Position numbers and translations under genes: made by a program. This document shows, in pieces, positions 48,903 to 59,812 of a stretch of 64,000 bases of DNA. The stretch comes from an uncultured Acidobacteriota bacterium (GTDB lineage Bacteria > Acidobacteriota > Thermoanaerobaculia > UBA5066 > DATFVB01), in assembly GCA_963813155.1 (NCBI GenBank), contig CAWEYG010000002.1, positions 64,001 to 128,000 of the forward strand, in the 5' to 3' direction. A model generated the notes under the pieces. The model was given only the letters and a program-made list of their open reading frames with translations. It was not told where the DNA came from and did not search any database. Each line of letters starts with the position of its first letter. Position 1 is the first letter of the stretch.

Positions 48903-51521
48903 GGCCGCGTCCCCTCCGGCGTAAATCGCCACATCACCGAGCGCAGCTCGTTCGATTCGGCGATGACCTGGCCGTCCGGCGCCCAGGCCATCCCGTGGAC
49001 GTCGCCGAGAGAATCCGTCGGAATCCGGGTCATGCGACCAGTCGAGAGATCGATCATTCCCGGCACGAAGTACCAGTCGTCGAGCGACGCGAGCGGAACG
49101 AGGAGCCGGCCGTCGCCCGACAGCTCCGCCGAGTTGAGCGGATCGAAGGTCATGTGGAAAGGACCGTTCAGCGCGATTTCCCGAGGGGCGCTGCCGTCCA
49201 GAGGAACGCGCAGGAGCCGCGCCTTCGGGACCTCCAGCACCTGCACGAGCAGGCTCTTCCCGTCCGGGTCGGCGGCCGCGCTCTCGCCGGCGCAGATTCG
49301 GCGGGGCTGATCCTTCGCCGACCCTGCCAGGGGAATCGCCCAGATCGAGCCGCCCGCCCCGCAGTAGAGCGTTCTTCCGTCCGGGGAGGCGTCGAGCGAC
49401 CCGATCGGGCCTTTGTCGAACGCGATGCGACGCTCGATGCGTCCGGTCGCGAGCGAGGCCACCCCGATCGTCCGGCGCGGCTCACTGCCGAGGAGAAACG
49501 CGACCTCGCCGGCGCCGAGTCGGGTCACCGGGGGCGTCGTTTCCTCGGCGGTCGTGACGAGGTTTGCGGGGTCTTTGCCCGGCTGGAGCACCACGAGGCG
49601 GTTATGACCCGCCGTCCTTTGCCCGAGCACCACGCGCCCGCCGCGCAGCGAGGCAAGAGACTCCAGGAACTGCCCCGTTGGAACGGTGACGATTCTCGTC
49701 GGTCGCCCGCCCGCAGGCGGAAGGCTCGAGATGATCCTTCGAAAGTTCAGGGCCTCGAGGTAGATGCTTCCGTCGGCGGCGCAGTCGAGCTCATGGATGG
49801 ACTCGGTCAGTGTCAGGAGGGGACGCGAGGCGTGGCCTCCCTTTCTCGGCACCCGAACCACTTGCGTCAGGTCGCCGGCCGACATGGCGACCAGGAGGGA
49901 CACGTTGTCCCGCGACGGCGCAAGCGCGGTCGTCGATTCATCCGGAAGGCCCGGTCTCGATCCGTCGCAGGGTTCCCGAATCGAGGTTGACGGCGTAGAT
50001 GTGCGGGGACTTGCTGCCGGGCCCCGGCTCCGTCGAGCGCGCGAAAGCGACCGCCTCCCGGCCGTCGGGAAACGAGGCGAGCGGCACCCAGTAGGTGGCG
50101 TCGAAGATCAGCGGCAACTCGCGCAGGCGTCCGGAATCGGGCCAGAACCGGTACAGCTGCAGCGCCCGCTGAGCATTCGCTTTGACCACGAGCAGCGTGC
50201 CATCCGGAAGCGGGACCGGCGCCTCCGCGTCCTCCAGCACGAGCTGCTCGTCGCCGCCGAGCACCGGGACGCTGTATACCCCCATCGGAACGTCGGCGCT
50301 CCGGTCGTAGAAGATCCGGTTCCCGTCCGCGGACCAGGCAATCGAGCTCACGTAGCCCGCTCCCCCCTTGTGCGTGAGGACCTGCCAGTTTCCGCTCTCC
50401 GGCTTCATGACGGCGACCTGCGTCATGTCGCTGACCATCGCCTGAAAGGCGAGCGTGTGGCCGTCGGGGGAAATTCGCGGCTCCATCGCGATCTCCGGCC
50501 CGCCGAGGAGCGTTCCCGTCCACGTCGTTTCGGGACGGCTCCACAGTGCTCGACCCGCCAGAAGCGCAACCGCGGCGATGACCAGGGCGCCGACGACGAC
50601 CGGCGCGAGCGGCAAAAGTCGCCGCCGCCCTGGGACGGCGATTCCCGCCGACACGGCCGACGACGAGGAGGACGTCTCGCCGGCCGACTCCAGCGCGAAC
50701 GCGAGGTCGCCGGCCGAGTGAAAGCGCGCCTCGGGCGACTTCTCGAGGCAATGACGCACGATGCGGTCGAGCGCCGGGGGAATCCGTCTTCCGGTCTGCT
50801 CGGACTCCGGCGGCTCTTCTTTCAGGATGGCATTCATCGTCTCGACGGCAGAGTTGCCCTTGAACGCGCGAGATCCGGTCAGCATCTCGAACAGCACCGC
50901 GCCGAAGGAAAAGAGATCCGTCCGCTCGTCGACCTCCCGGCCCAGGACCTGCTCCGGGGACATGTAGCCGACGGTCCCCATGACGGTCCCCGGTTCCGTG
51001 CCGGCGGGAGTCGTCGGAGCGCTCGTCTGCGCGGACTCACGCGCGACGACTTTCGCGAGACCGAAGTCCAGGATCTTGACGCGCCCGTCCCGCGTCAAAA
51101 ACAGATTCTCGGGCTTCAGGTCGCGGTGAACGACGCCCTTTTCGTGGGCCGCGGCAAGGCCCTTCGCGATCTGGACCGCGATCTCGACGGCGCGGCGGCG
51201 GGGAATGGCGCCGCCGTCGAGTCTCTGGCGAAGACTCTCCCCTTCGAGGAGCTCCATGACCGCGTACGCGACGTTTCCTTCTTTTCCGAAATCGTGGAGC
51301 GAGAGGATGTTCGGATGATTCAGCGCGGCCACGGCCTTGGCTTCGCGCTCGAAGCGCGAAAGCGCGTCGCGATCGCTCGCGAGAGATTCCGGCAGCACCT
51401 TCACGGCCACGTCGCGGTCCAGCCTCGTATCACGCGCCCGATAGACCTCGCCCATCCCGCCCGCGCCGATCGGCGACAAGATTTCATAAGGACCCAGCTT
51501 CGTCCCCGCTGCGAGTGTCAA
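48899..51521 (-). CDS. Receptor-type Ser/Thr kinase with beta-propeller (frameshift near 49930)
   Basis: TTG start LTLAAGTKLGPYE; kinase motifs; TM helix; SPDG/PDG repeats; ATGA overlap with next kinase. Confidence 0.88.
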
Positions 51522-51530
51522 AAGAGGATC

Positions 51531-51560
51531 CTTGTCCGCCGAAGCCTTGGCGAAGGCGGA
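51531..51560. repeat. REP-like palindrome
   Basis: CTTGTCCGCCGAAGCCTTGGCGAAGGCGGA (TCCGCC/GGCGGA stem). Confidence 0.6.
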
Positions 51561-51601
51561 TCGTAGGGCCCGAGGCGGGTGCCGGCGGAGAGTGTCATGC
51601 G

Positions 51602-54298
51602 CTACTTCCCCGGCTTCCTCTCCATCATCCAGATCTCCGAGCGCGAGAAGTTCGTGATCGCGTAGAGGCTGCGACCGTCCGGAGAGAGATCGATTTCGCC
51701 TCCGAGGGAAGCTTCCGGCGGAAAACGGCGGAGGAGCTTCCTCGTCTTCGTCTTGCGGTCGTAGAGCACCAGCGCGGAACCGGACGTTGAGGTGCTGCCG
51801 GACGAGGGCTCCGCCGAATTCGTTTCTCCGTAAATCACGAAATCGTCGGAGAGCCACACGCCATCCAGACCCGCGCCGGTGATCGAGTCCAGCGACCCCG
51901 TTTCCGGCGAATAGATCGCCGTGCCCTTGACTCCGTTCAGCAAGAGGAGCCGGCCATCGGGAGACCATCCGAGCGGAAAATCGAACATGCCTGCCGGAGG
52001 AAGCCGACCCGGCAGCGTCTCCGGAAGGTACTGGCCGTCCGGCTGCCGGCGCAGAACCGCGACTCGGCTCGACATCCCCTGCTCGATCAGCGTCGCGACA
52101 CGCTCGCCGCCCGTGTTGGGAATCACCGCCAGGACCTCGCCGATCGAGGGAGACGTGAGCACCTTCGCCTGGCCTCCGTCCACGCCGATCTCCCAGAGCT
52201 GGTACGGGCCGCCGCGCGTCGAGTAGAAGAGGATCCGCTTGCCGCCCGCAGTCCAGCGCGGCTGGCGGTTCTTGAACTCGTCGTCGGTCAGCTGCGTGAG
52301 GCCGCCGCCGTTCGTGTCGCAGGTATAGAGGACCTCGCGAGTGACGCCCGCCTGGAAGAGAAGCCGCCGGCCGTCGGGCGAAACCGCGACGTAAGACGCG
52401 ACCGGGAGGCCCGACAGAATCGTGTTCGGCGTTTCGGCGAGCTCGCGGCGAACGGGATCGAACGCGAACCGCTGGATTCCGTAGTTCGTCGAATCGACCT
52501 CGAAGGCAATGCGGCTGCCGTCGCGCGAGAGCGAGAACGGCCCGGCGGTGCCCGCGGGAACGGAGACCCGCTGGGGCTCCGATGTGGCCTTGCCCGTCGC
52601 CTCGTCGACTCCGATCCGGTAGAGGTCGAGCGTCCCGCCCCGGTCGCTGCCAAAATAAATCGAGCGGCCGTCGGGAGCCCACACCGGCGCCCAGTCGAGC
52701 GGCTTGTCGTTCGTCAGCTGCACCGGCTTCTGCTTCTCCCCGGTCACGTCGAGCGTGAACAGGTCGCGCTGCGCACCGCTCCCCATCAAGCCAAAGAACG
52801 CGATCCGGCGGCCGTGGGGAGACCAGGTCGGCCCGACCGCGTTCTTGAAGACGTCTTTCTCCTCGGTCGGGTGGCCGTCGAAGAGCTTTCGCTTCTTCCC
52901 AGATTGGACATCCACGATCAGGACGTCGCCCGGCGTTCCGAGGTGGTACGGGTCCTCATTATCGACCGTTGTGTAGACGAGCGATGACCCGTCCGGGGAC
53001 CAGGCAGGCGCGAAGCCCCCGTCGGCGACCCGATGGACGGATTCTCCGGTCGCTCCCATGACGTAAATCCCGCCGCCGTCCCGCTCGGAACGGAACGCGA
53101 CGTGCGCCCCGTCGGGAGAGAACGCCGGCTCGGTGTTGTCGAAGCCGCTCCCGCGCGTGAGGTCGACGGCATTCTGTCCGCCGACCCGCTGCAGGAAAAC
53201 GTCGAGCTCCTTTCCCTCCCGGCGGACGAACAGAAACTGCTGGCCGTCGGGAGAGATCGAAGGGAACGTCGCGGTCGCGCCGAACGTCAGCTGTTGAAAG
53301 CGCCACCCCTCGGCTGCGCCGGAGCTGGGCGCGAGACGCCGGCCCGCCAGATATGCCAGGACCAGAAGCACCGCGCCGCCTGCAATTCGTGCCGCGAGCG
53401 CGAGAGGCGCCGTCCTGCCCGCCCGGCCGGTCACCGCCCGCGCCGACGAAGAGGACGCGTTCGTGATCGCTTCGAGATCGAACGCCACATCGCCGGCGGA
53501 ATGGAACCGGGATTCGGGGCTCTTCTCGAGGCAGTGGCGAACGATCCGGTCGAGCGCGGGCGCGATGTTCCGGCCGGATTCCAGCAGCTCCGGGGGATCT
53601 TCCTTCAGGATCGCGTTCATCGTCTCGACCGCGGAGTTGCCCTTGAACGCCCGTCTCCCGGCGAGCATCTCGTACAGAATCGCTCCGAAGGCGAAGATGT
53701 CGGTCCGATGGTCGACGTCCCGGCCGCGAACCTGCTCCGGCGACATGTAGCCGACGGTCCCCATGACGGTGCCCGGCTCGGTGCCGGCGGTCGTCGGCGC
53801 GCTCGTTCCGGCCGACTCCAGGCCGATTCGTTTCGCAAGCCCGAAGTCGAGGATCTTGACGCGCCCGTCGGAGGTCAGAAAGACGTTCTCGGGCTTGAGG
53901 TCCCGGTGAACGATCCCTTTCTCGTGCGCCGCCGCGAGCCCCTTCGCGATCTGGATCGCGATCTCAACGGCGCGCCGCTGGGCGAGCGGTCCTTCGTCGA
54001 CCCGGGCGCGAAGGGTTTCGCCCACGAGCAGCTCGGTCACCGCGAACGCGATGCCATTTTCGCTTCCGAAGTCGTGGATCGACAGGATGTTCGGGTGGTT
54101 CAGCGCGGCGACGGCGTGCGCTTCGCGCTCGAAACGGGCGAGCGCGTCCGGGTCCTTCGAGAGCGACTCCGGAAGCACTTTGATCGCGACTTCGCGGTTG
54201 AGCTTCGTGTCCTTCGCCCGGTACACCTCGCCCATCCCGCCGGCCCCGAGAGGCGCAAGGATCTCGTACGAACCGAGTTTCGTTCCTGCGGTGATCAC
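51602..54298 (-). CDS. Receptor-type Ser/Thr kinase with TolB-like beta-propeller
   Basis: GTG start VITAGTKLGSYE; kinase motifs; TM helix; PAFSPDG, PAWSPDG, PVWAPDG repeats. Confidence 0.92.
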   Translation of the reverse strand: MITAGTKLGSYEILAPLGAGGMGEVYRAKDTKLNREVAIKVLPESLSKDPDALARFEREAHAVAALNHPNILSIHDFGSENGIAFAVTELLVGETLRARVDEGPLAQRRAVEIAIQIAKGLAAAHEKGIVHRDLKPENVFLTSDGRVKILDFGLAKRIGLESAGTSAPTTAGTEPGTVMGTVGYMSPEQVRGRDVDHRTDIFAFGAILYEMLAGRRAFKGNSAVETMNAILKEDPPELLESGRNIAPALDRIVRHCLEKSPESRFHSAGDVAFDLEAITNASSSSARAVTGRAGRTAPLALAARIAGGAVLLVLAYLAGRRLAPSSGAAEGWRFQQLTFGATATFPSISPDGQQFLFVRREGKELDVFLQRVGGQNAVDLTRGSGFDNTEPAFSPDGAHVAFRSERDGGGIYVMGATGESVHRVADGGFAPAWSPDGSSLVYTTVDNEDPYHLGTPGDVLIVDVQSGKKRKLFDGHPTEEKDVFKNAVGPTWSPHGRRIAFFGLMGSGAQRDLFTLDVTGEKQKPVQLTNDKPLDWAPVWAPDGRSIYFGSDRGGTLDLYRIGVDEATGKATSEPQRVSVPAGTAGPFSLSRDGSRIAFEVDSTNYGIQRFAFDPVRRELAETPNTILSGLPVASYVAVSPDGRRLLFQAGVTREVLYTCDTNGGGLTQLTDDEFKNRQPRWTAGGKRILFYSTRGGPYQLWEIGVDGGQAKVLTSPSIGEVLAVIPNTGGERVATLIEQGMSSRVAVLRRQPDGQYLPETLPGRLPPAGMFDFPLGWSPDGRLLLLNGVKGTAIYSPETGSLDSITGAGLDGVWLSDDFVIYGETNSAEPSSGSTSTSGSALVLYDRKTKTRKLLRRFPPEASLGGEIDLSPDGRSLYAITNFSRSEIWMMERKPGK

Positions 54299-54379
54299 TT
54301 GAAAGGCATTATCGCTCAAGAAACCCGCCGCCGCGTTTTCCGTATCAACCTCCGGACTTTTTCGAGAAAGGAGACCTTC

Positions 54380-55522
54380 ATGCGCATCTCGTTTTCCTTC
54401 CGGCCGCTCGCAGGCCTCGCCGTAGTGCTCGCCGCGTCGGCCCTCGCCGCTCAGGACATCACGCTTCCCCCGAGCGGAGACAACCAGCGTTCCACGGTTA
54501 CGCAACACATCGGCCCGGTCGTTTTGACGGTCGACTACCACAGTCCCCGCGTGAAGCGGGCGGACAAGGGCGATCGCCGCGGCAAGATCTGGGGCCAGCT
54601 CGTTCCCTACGGCATGACGAACCTCGGGTTCGGCACGTGCAAGGAGTGCCCCTGGCGAGCCGGGGCGAACGAGAACACGACCCTGACCGTCAGCCACGAC
54701 GTGGAAGTGGAAGGACAGAAGCTTCCGGCCGGCGTTTACGGCGTCTCCATGATCCCGGAGGAGATGGACTGGACGGTCATCTTCTCGAAGGACTCGACCT
54801 CCTGGGGCGCCTTTTTCTACGACCCGGCGCAGGACTTCCTTCGCGTGAAGGTCAAGCCGGCCGCGAGCGAATATCACGAGTTCCTGACCTACGAGTTCAC
54901 CGACCGCGAGCCTGACCGCGCCGTGCTCGCTCTGAAGTGGGAAGAGCTGCAGGTGCCCATCGCGATCATCGTGCCAGATATCGACGGCGTGTACATCGCC
55001 GAGATCCGAAAAGAGCTGAAGAACTCCAAGGGGTTCGATTGGCGCAACTGGAGCGCGGCCGCGAAGTTCGAGATCGATCACAAGAAGAATCCGCAGGAAG
55101 CCCTGGCCTGGGCGCAGGCGGCCGTCTCGGGCCAGGTCGGGATCGAGAACTTCCAGACCCTGGAGACGCTCGCGGAAGCGCAGAAGGCCAACGGCATGAC
55201 GGCCGAAAGTGAAAAGACGCTCGCTCTCGCGCTCAACCATCGGACGGCCGGCCCGATCGACATTCATCTCTACGCCCGCGCACTGCTTCAGGGCGGGAAG
55301 AAGGACGAAGCGATGAAGGCCTGGCAACTCAACGCCAAACGCTACGGCAGCGAGTGGCCGGTCAACGTCGGGCTTGCGCGCGGATACTCGGCAATGGGCA
55401 ACTACAAGGAAGCGCTCAAGTACGTGCGCCTCGCGATTCCGCAGGCGCCGGACGACGCCAACAAGAAGGCGCTCGAAGCCGCCTCCAAGAAGCTGGAGTC
55501 CGGGAAGGACATGAACGTCTGA
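54380..55522 (+). CDS. DUF2911 domain protein with C-terminal TPR
   Basis: Signal peptide, VDYHSPRVK, IWGQLVPYG, WRAGANENT, LPAGVY; RBS AGGAG. Confidence 0.85.
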   Translation: MRISFSFRPLAGLAVVLAASALAAQDITLPPSGDNQRSTVTQHIGPVVLTVDYHSPRVKRADKGDRRGKIWGQLVPYGMTNLGFGTCKECPWRAGANENTTLTVSHDVEVEGQKLPAGVYGVSMIPEEMDWTVIFSKDSTSWGAFFYDPAQDFLRVKVKPAASEYHEFLTYEFTDREPDRAVLALKWEELQVPIAIIVPDIDGVYIAEIRKELKNSKGFDWRNWSAAAKFEIDHKKNPQEALAWAQAAVSGQVGIENFQTLETLAEAQKANGMTAESEKTLALALNHRTAGPIDIHLYARALLQGGKKDEAMKAWQLNAKRYGSEWPVNVGLARGYSAMGNYKEALKYVRLAIPQAPDDANKKALEAASKKLESGKDMNV

Positions 55523-55547
55523 GCTCTTTCGGAGCTACTCTCTTCGT

Positions 55548-57401
55548 GTGACACGGTTCCGAAACCGGAGAAGGATCCTCGCCGCGGCGGGGATCCTTCT
55601 TTCCGGCATTCTCGCCGCCCGCGCTGCCGCCGAGACGGCGGGCCCCTCGTCGCGGGTGGGCGGCCTCGGCTTCGCACGGGACGCGCCCCGTCGGGTGCTC
55701 CTCGCCTCCAATGAGACGGGCGCTTTTCAGCTCTACTCGTTCGACCTCGTCTCCGGACGAAAGAGCCGTCTCACCTCGCTGCCGAACGGCAAGGCGTATG
55801 GAACGATCTCACCGGACGGCCAGTGGGTTTATTTTCTGATGGATACGGGCGGCTCCGAGCTCGGGCGGTACGTCCGCGTCCCGTTCGAAGGAGGAAAACC
55901 GCAGGAGATCGATCCCGGGTCGCCTTCCGCCTCCGGCCTCGGAATCTCGTGCGATCGCGCGGGAAAATTCCTCGTCGAGGGCCTCTCGGACGCCGGGGGC
56001 TTCCGCTTTCTGCGCCTGGAGCCGGGCAGGAGCGCCGAATCGCTCTACCGGTCGGACCATGAGGCGTACGGGCCGGCGCTTTCCGCCGACGGCCGCCATC
56101 TCGCGATCGTCGAGACCGAGAGAAAGAACGACCGCCACTACGCAACCCTGATTCTCGATGCGCGGACGGGCGCGCGCGAGGCCGAACTCTGGGACGGCGA
56201 GGGAATCAGCGCCACGCACGGCCCGTGGTCGCCGAAGGAGGGAGACGAGCGAATCGTCGTGCAGTCGGACCGCGGCGGCTACTTTCGGCCCGCGATCTTC
56301 GATCTTGGGAAAAAGACCCGCACCGAGCTGCCGGTCGATCTTCCCGGCGACGTGACGGGCGAAGACTGGTCTCCCGGCGGGACCGGCGTCCTGCTCCGCC
56401 AGCACCTCGCGGGGCGCGACGCGCTGTTCGTCTTCGACCTCGAATCGCGGAGGCTCTCCCCCGTTCCGCTTCCGCCGGGGAGCGCAGGCTCGGCCTGGAT
56501 CCGGCCGGACGGCAAGGTCTGGGCGCAATTCCAGAGCTCGACGATCTCTCCTCGACTGCTCGAGGTCGACAGAGAGTCGGGATCCTCGAAGACCGTCGTG
56601 TCGAGCGCGGAATTCCGCTCGGCGGCGCCGCTCAGCCAGGTCACGTTCCGCGGCGGCAACGGCGACCCGATCTCCGCATACCTGGGCGTCCCGCACCGGT
56701 CCCGGGCCAACGGCGCGGCGATCGTCTGGATCCACGGAGGCCCCCACTCCGAGGTTTCGGACGTTCTCTCGCCCGCTCTCCAGGCGTATGTCGACGCGGG
56801 GTTCGCCGTGCTCGCGCCGAACTACCACGGCTCGTCGGGATCCGGAAGAACCTTCGCCGTGTCGATCGAGGGAAACCCGATGGCTCTGGAGCTGGAGGAC
56901 TTCGCCGCCGCGCGCCGGTTTCTGCTCGATCGCGGCTTCGCGCCGGCGGGGCTCGTCTTCGCCGCAGGATGGTCGTACGGAGGATTCGCGGTGCTCTCTT
57001 GCCTGACTCGCCAGCCGGCGGATTGGGCGGGAGGTTCCGCCGGCGCGGCGATCGCCGACTGGACGATGCAGTTCGAAGACGCGCGCGGCCCTCTTCGCGG
57101 CTGGACGCTGTCGCTTTTCGGCGGGAGCCCATCGGAGAAGGGCGAGCTCTACCGGGATCGCTCCCCGGTCACCCGGGCGGGAGACATTCGGGCGCCGCTC
57201 CTGATCCTGCAAGGAAGAAACGACAGCCGCACGTCCGCGCGGCAGATCGAAGCGTTCCTTCGAAAACTGGATGAAGGGGGAAAGACCTACGAGGTCAAGT
57301 GGTACGACGCCGGCCACAACTCGCTCGATTCCGGAGAGCAGGCCGACCACGTGCGCAGGACGATCGAGTTCTTCCGAAGGATCCTGATGACCACCCGATG
57401 A
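55548..57401 (+). CDS. S9 family peptidase (acylaminoacyl-peptidase-like)
   Basis: IHGGP, PNYHGS, GWSYGG, QGRNDSR, AGH; N-terminal propeller. Confidence 0.9.
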   Translation: MTRFRNRRRILAAAGILLSGILAARAAAETAGPSSRVGGLGFARDAPRRVLLASNETGAFQLYSFDLVSGRKSRLTSLPNGKAYGTISPDGQWVYFLMDTGGSELGRYVRVPFEGGKPQEIDPGSPSASGLGISCDRAGKFLVEGLSDAGGFRFLRLEPGRSAESLYRSDHEAYGPALSADGRHLAIVETERKNDRHYATLILDARTGAREAELWDGEGISATHGPWSPKEGDERIVVQSDRGGYFRPAIFDLGKKTRTELPVDLPGDVTGEDWSPGGTGVLLRQHLAGRDALFVFDLESRRLSPVPLPPGSAGSAWIRPDGKVWAQFQSSTISPRLLEVDRESGSSKTVVSSAEFRSAAPLSQVTFRGGNGDPISAYLGVPHRSRANGAAIVWIHGGPHSEVSDVLSPALQAYVDAGFAVLAPNYHGSSGSGRTFAVSIEGNPMALELEDFAAARRFLLDRGFAPAGLVFAAGWSYGGFAVLSCLTRQPADWAGGSAGAAIADWTMQFEDARGPLRGWTLSLFGGSPSEKGELYRDRSPVTRAGDIRAPLLILQGRNDSRTSARQIEAFLRKLDEGGKTYEVKWYDAGHNSLDSGEQADHVRRTIEFFRRILMTTR

Positions 57402-57410
57402 CGGAGCTCT

Positions 57411-57493
57411 GTCATTCCCGCGCAAGCGGGAATCGCCCTGGTCGGGTTCTGGGAAGCGATGACGCTGGCGACCCCCGCTTTCGCGGGGGTGAC
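57411..57493. repeat. dRS3/REP-like paired palindrome between convergent genes
   Basis: GTCATTCCCGCGCAAGCGGGAATC ... GACCCCCGCTTTCGCGGGGGTGAC. Confidence 0.75.
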
Positions 57494-57507
57494 GCCTCGG
57501 TCGGCGT

Positions 57508-57981
57508 CTACTTCGGCTCCTGAACCGTCAACGTCACCGTCGTCTGCCCGTCCGCAGGATTCGCGACGACCGTGATCGAGCGCTTCTCGTCGGCCGACTG
57601 GAGCAGCAGGACCTTGCCGCCGCCGCTCGACATCTCCATCTTGACCTGCCAGGTGGAGAACTTCGACTTGTAGAAAGCGGCGATTTTCCCCGGAGCGTCG
57701 GAGCTCTGGAACGTGACCATATGGCCCGAGGTACCCGACTGCGCTGCCGAAACCGCGCTCACGATCTTCGAGCCGGGATACACCGGCACGTCTTTGGGAA
57801 AGTCTTCCGGAAGCTTCACGGCCTCGCCGCTGACGACGGTGGAGCCGTCCGCCGTCTTGACGGTGACGTTCTTGCCTTTCGCGTCGTACGCGACCTGTTC
57901 GCCGTGCGGCCCCACGTATTCGCGATTGCGGCACGCCGCGGCCGCGAGGAGGATCGCCACGGCGATCACGAGGTTTTTCAT
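57508..57981 (-). CDS. Hypothetical lipoprotein
   Basis: Lipobox AAAC; [16 protein letters not shown] motif. Confidence 0.7.
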   Translation of the reverse strand: MKNLVIAVAILLAAAACRNREYVGPHGEQVAYDAKGKNVTVKTADGSTVVSGEAVKLPEDFPKDVPVYPGSKIVSAVSAAQSGTSGHMVTFQSSDAPGKIAAFYKSKFSTWQVKMEMSSGGGKVLLLQSADEKRSITVVANPADGQTTVTLTVQEPK

Positions 57982-58957
57982 GACTCGGATCTTATCGCGC
58001 GGACGGCTTTGGCGAACTCCGGCACGAAGGGAAACAGGTCCGCGACGACCCCGTAGGTCGCGACCTTGAAGATCGGCGCGTCGGCGTCCTTGTTGACGGC
58101 GACGATGACCTTCGAGGTCCCCATGCCCGCGAGGTGCTGGATCGCGCCCGAGATGCCGATCGCGACGTAGAGCGTGGGGGACACGACCTTCCCCGTCTGT
58201 CCGACCTGGTACTGGTGGTCGATCCACCCGGCATCCACGACCGCGCGAGACGCTCCGAGAGTCGCGCCCGCGCCGAGCGCCTCGACGAGATCCCGGATGA
58301 TCGGCCAGTTCTCGGGCCCCTTGATGCCCCGCCCTCCCGACACGACGATCGTCCGCCTCCGTCACGTCGAGCTCCTTGCCGCCCGATGCCTCGATGCCCG
58401 TCACCTTCGCGCGGATCTCGAGCGAGCCGAGGTCGAGCGTCTCGACTTTCGGGGCTGCGGCGCCCGGTCGAGGCTCCGCGGGAAACACGTTCGGGCGAGT
58501 CGTCGCGATCTGAAGCTGCGATGCTCCGCAATCCACCGTCGCGCGCGCCTTGCCCGAGTAAACGGGCCGCATGCCGACGAGACGGCCACCGTCCGCACTG
58601 CAGCTCCATGACGTCCGCGAGGACGCCCGAAGAGTTTCGCGCGGCGAACCGGGGAGCGATGTCCCTTCCCATCGACGTCGCGGCGATCAGCACGGCGTCC
58701 GGGGACTCTTTTTCCTTCGCGGCCTGGAGCGCGCCCACGTAACCGCGGTTCGAATAGAGCGAAAGCTCGTCGCGGTCCGCGACATAGACGACCGAGGCCC
58801 CGTAAGCGCCGAGGTCGTTCGCGAGGCCGGCGACGCCCTTGCCCGCGATGACGGCGGCAACCGGGCCTCCCGCAAGCTTCGACGCGAGCGAGAGAGCTTC
58901 GAGCGAGGCCTTGCGGACCTTGCCTTCGCGCTGTTCGATGAAGACGAGAAACTTCAT
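57978..58957 (-). CDS. etfA: Electron transfer flavoprotein alpha subunit (two frameshifts, near 58350 and 58600)
   Basis: [44 protein letters not shown]. Confidence 0.92.
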
Positions 58958-59748
58958 CAGATCACCTTCGCTTCTTCGCGCAGGAGACGCGCGAGCTCGC
59001 GGGCCGCTCCGGCCGGGTCCGCCGCCGCGCCCTCTGCGGAGGACTTCGGATCGCCGCCCGGGACGAAGTGGCACGGCTTGGGAGGAGGCGGAAGCTCGAG
59101 TTTCAGCGTTCGGCACGTCGGCTCGCCGGGAGAAAACGTCTTTTCGCGAATCGGCTTCTTCTTTGCCGCCATGATCCCCTTGAGCGACGCGTAGCGCGGG
59201 TCGTTCAAGCCCTTCTGCGCGGTCAGGACGCACGGCGTCGGCGATTCCACGTGCTCGTGCGCGCCTTCGATCTCCCGGTCGCACGAGACTTTCCCGTCTC
59301 CGGCCGAGAATTTCACGATGTTTCCGACGTGCGGAAACCCGAGGAGCTCGGCGACCATCGGGCCGACGAGCGATTCATCCCATCCCACGCCCTTCTGGCC
59401 GAACCAGACGAGATCGTAATTTCCTTCTTTGATGGCCTCGGCGAGCGCGCGCGCCGTCGAGAATGCGTCCAGCTCGGCGCCCTTCGGGTCGATCCACACG
59501 CCGTCGTCCGCGCCGCGCGCAAGGCACTCGCGGATGCCGGTCTTCGCCCGCTCCGGGCCCAGGGACAGAACGGTCACGGCACCGGCGCCCTTCGACTCCT
59601 TCGTCTTCAGCGCCTCTTCGAGAGCGAACTCGTCATAGGGCGAGACGATCCATTTCACGTCGCTCTCGTCGATCGACTTGCCGTCGGCGGCGACCTTGAT
59701 CTTCGTTTCCGTGTCCGGGACGTACGCGACGCAAACGATGGAATTCAT
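58957..59748 (-). CDS. etfB: Electron transfer flavoprotein beta subunit
   Basis: VPDTE, PYDEFALEEAL, REIEG, LNDPRYASLKGIMAAKKK. Confidence 0.95.
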   Translation of the reverse strand: MNSIVCVAYVPDTETKIKVAADGKSIDESDVKWIVSPYDEFALEEALKTKESKGAGAVTVLSLGPERAKTGIRECLARGADDGVWIDPKGAELDAFSTARALAEAIKEGNYDLVWFGQKGVGWDESLVGPMVAELLGFPHVGNIVKFSAGDGKVSCDREIEGAHEHVESPTPCVLTAQKGLNDPRYASLKGIMAAKKKPIREKTFSPGEPTCRTLKLELPPPPKPCHFVPGGDPKSSAEGAAADPAGAARELARLLREEAKVI

Positions 59749-59812
59749 GCGCTCTTCACCATCCGGCGAGGGACGATATCACGGGGGGTTTTTCGAATGA
59801 ATGATGCAGATA

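Noticed and set aside
2189-58957. Frameshifts in acnA, HhH protein, DUF481, P450, collagen protein, ABC permease, three kinases, panE and etfA as programmed frameshifting or pseudogenisation
   Set aside because: They hit housekeeping genes indiscriminately, often in GC or homopolymer runs, with no shared slippery motif and no accumulated stops. Long-read indel error is the simplest explanation.
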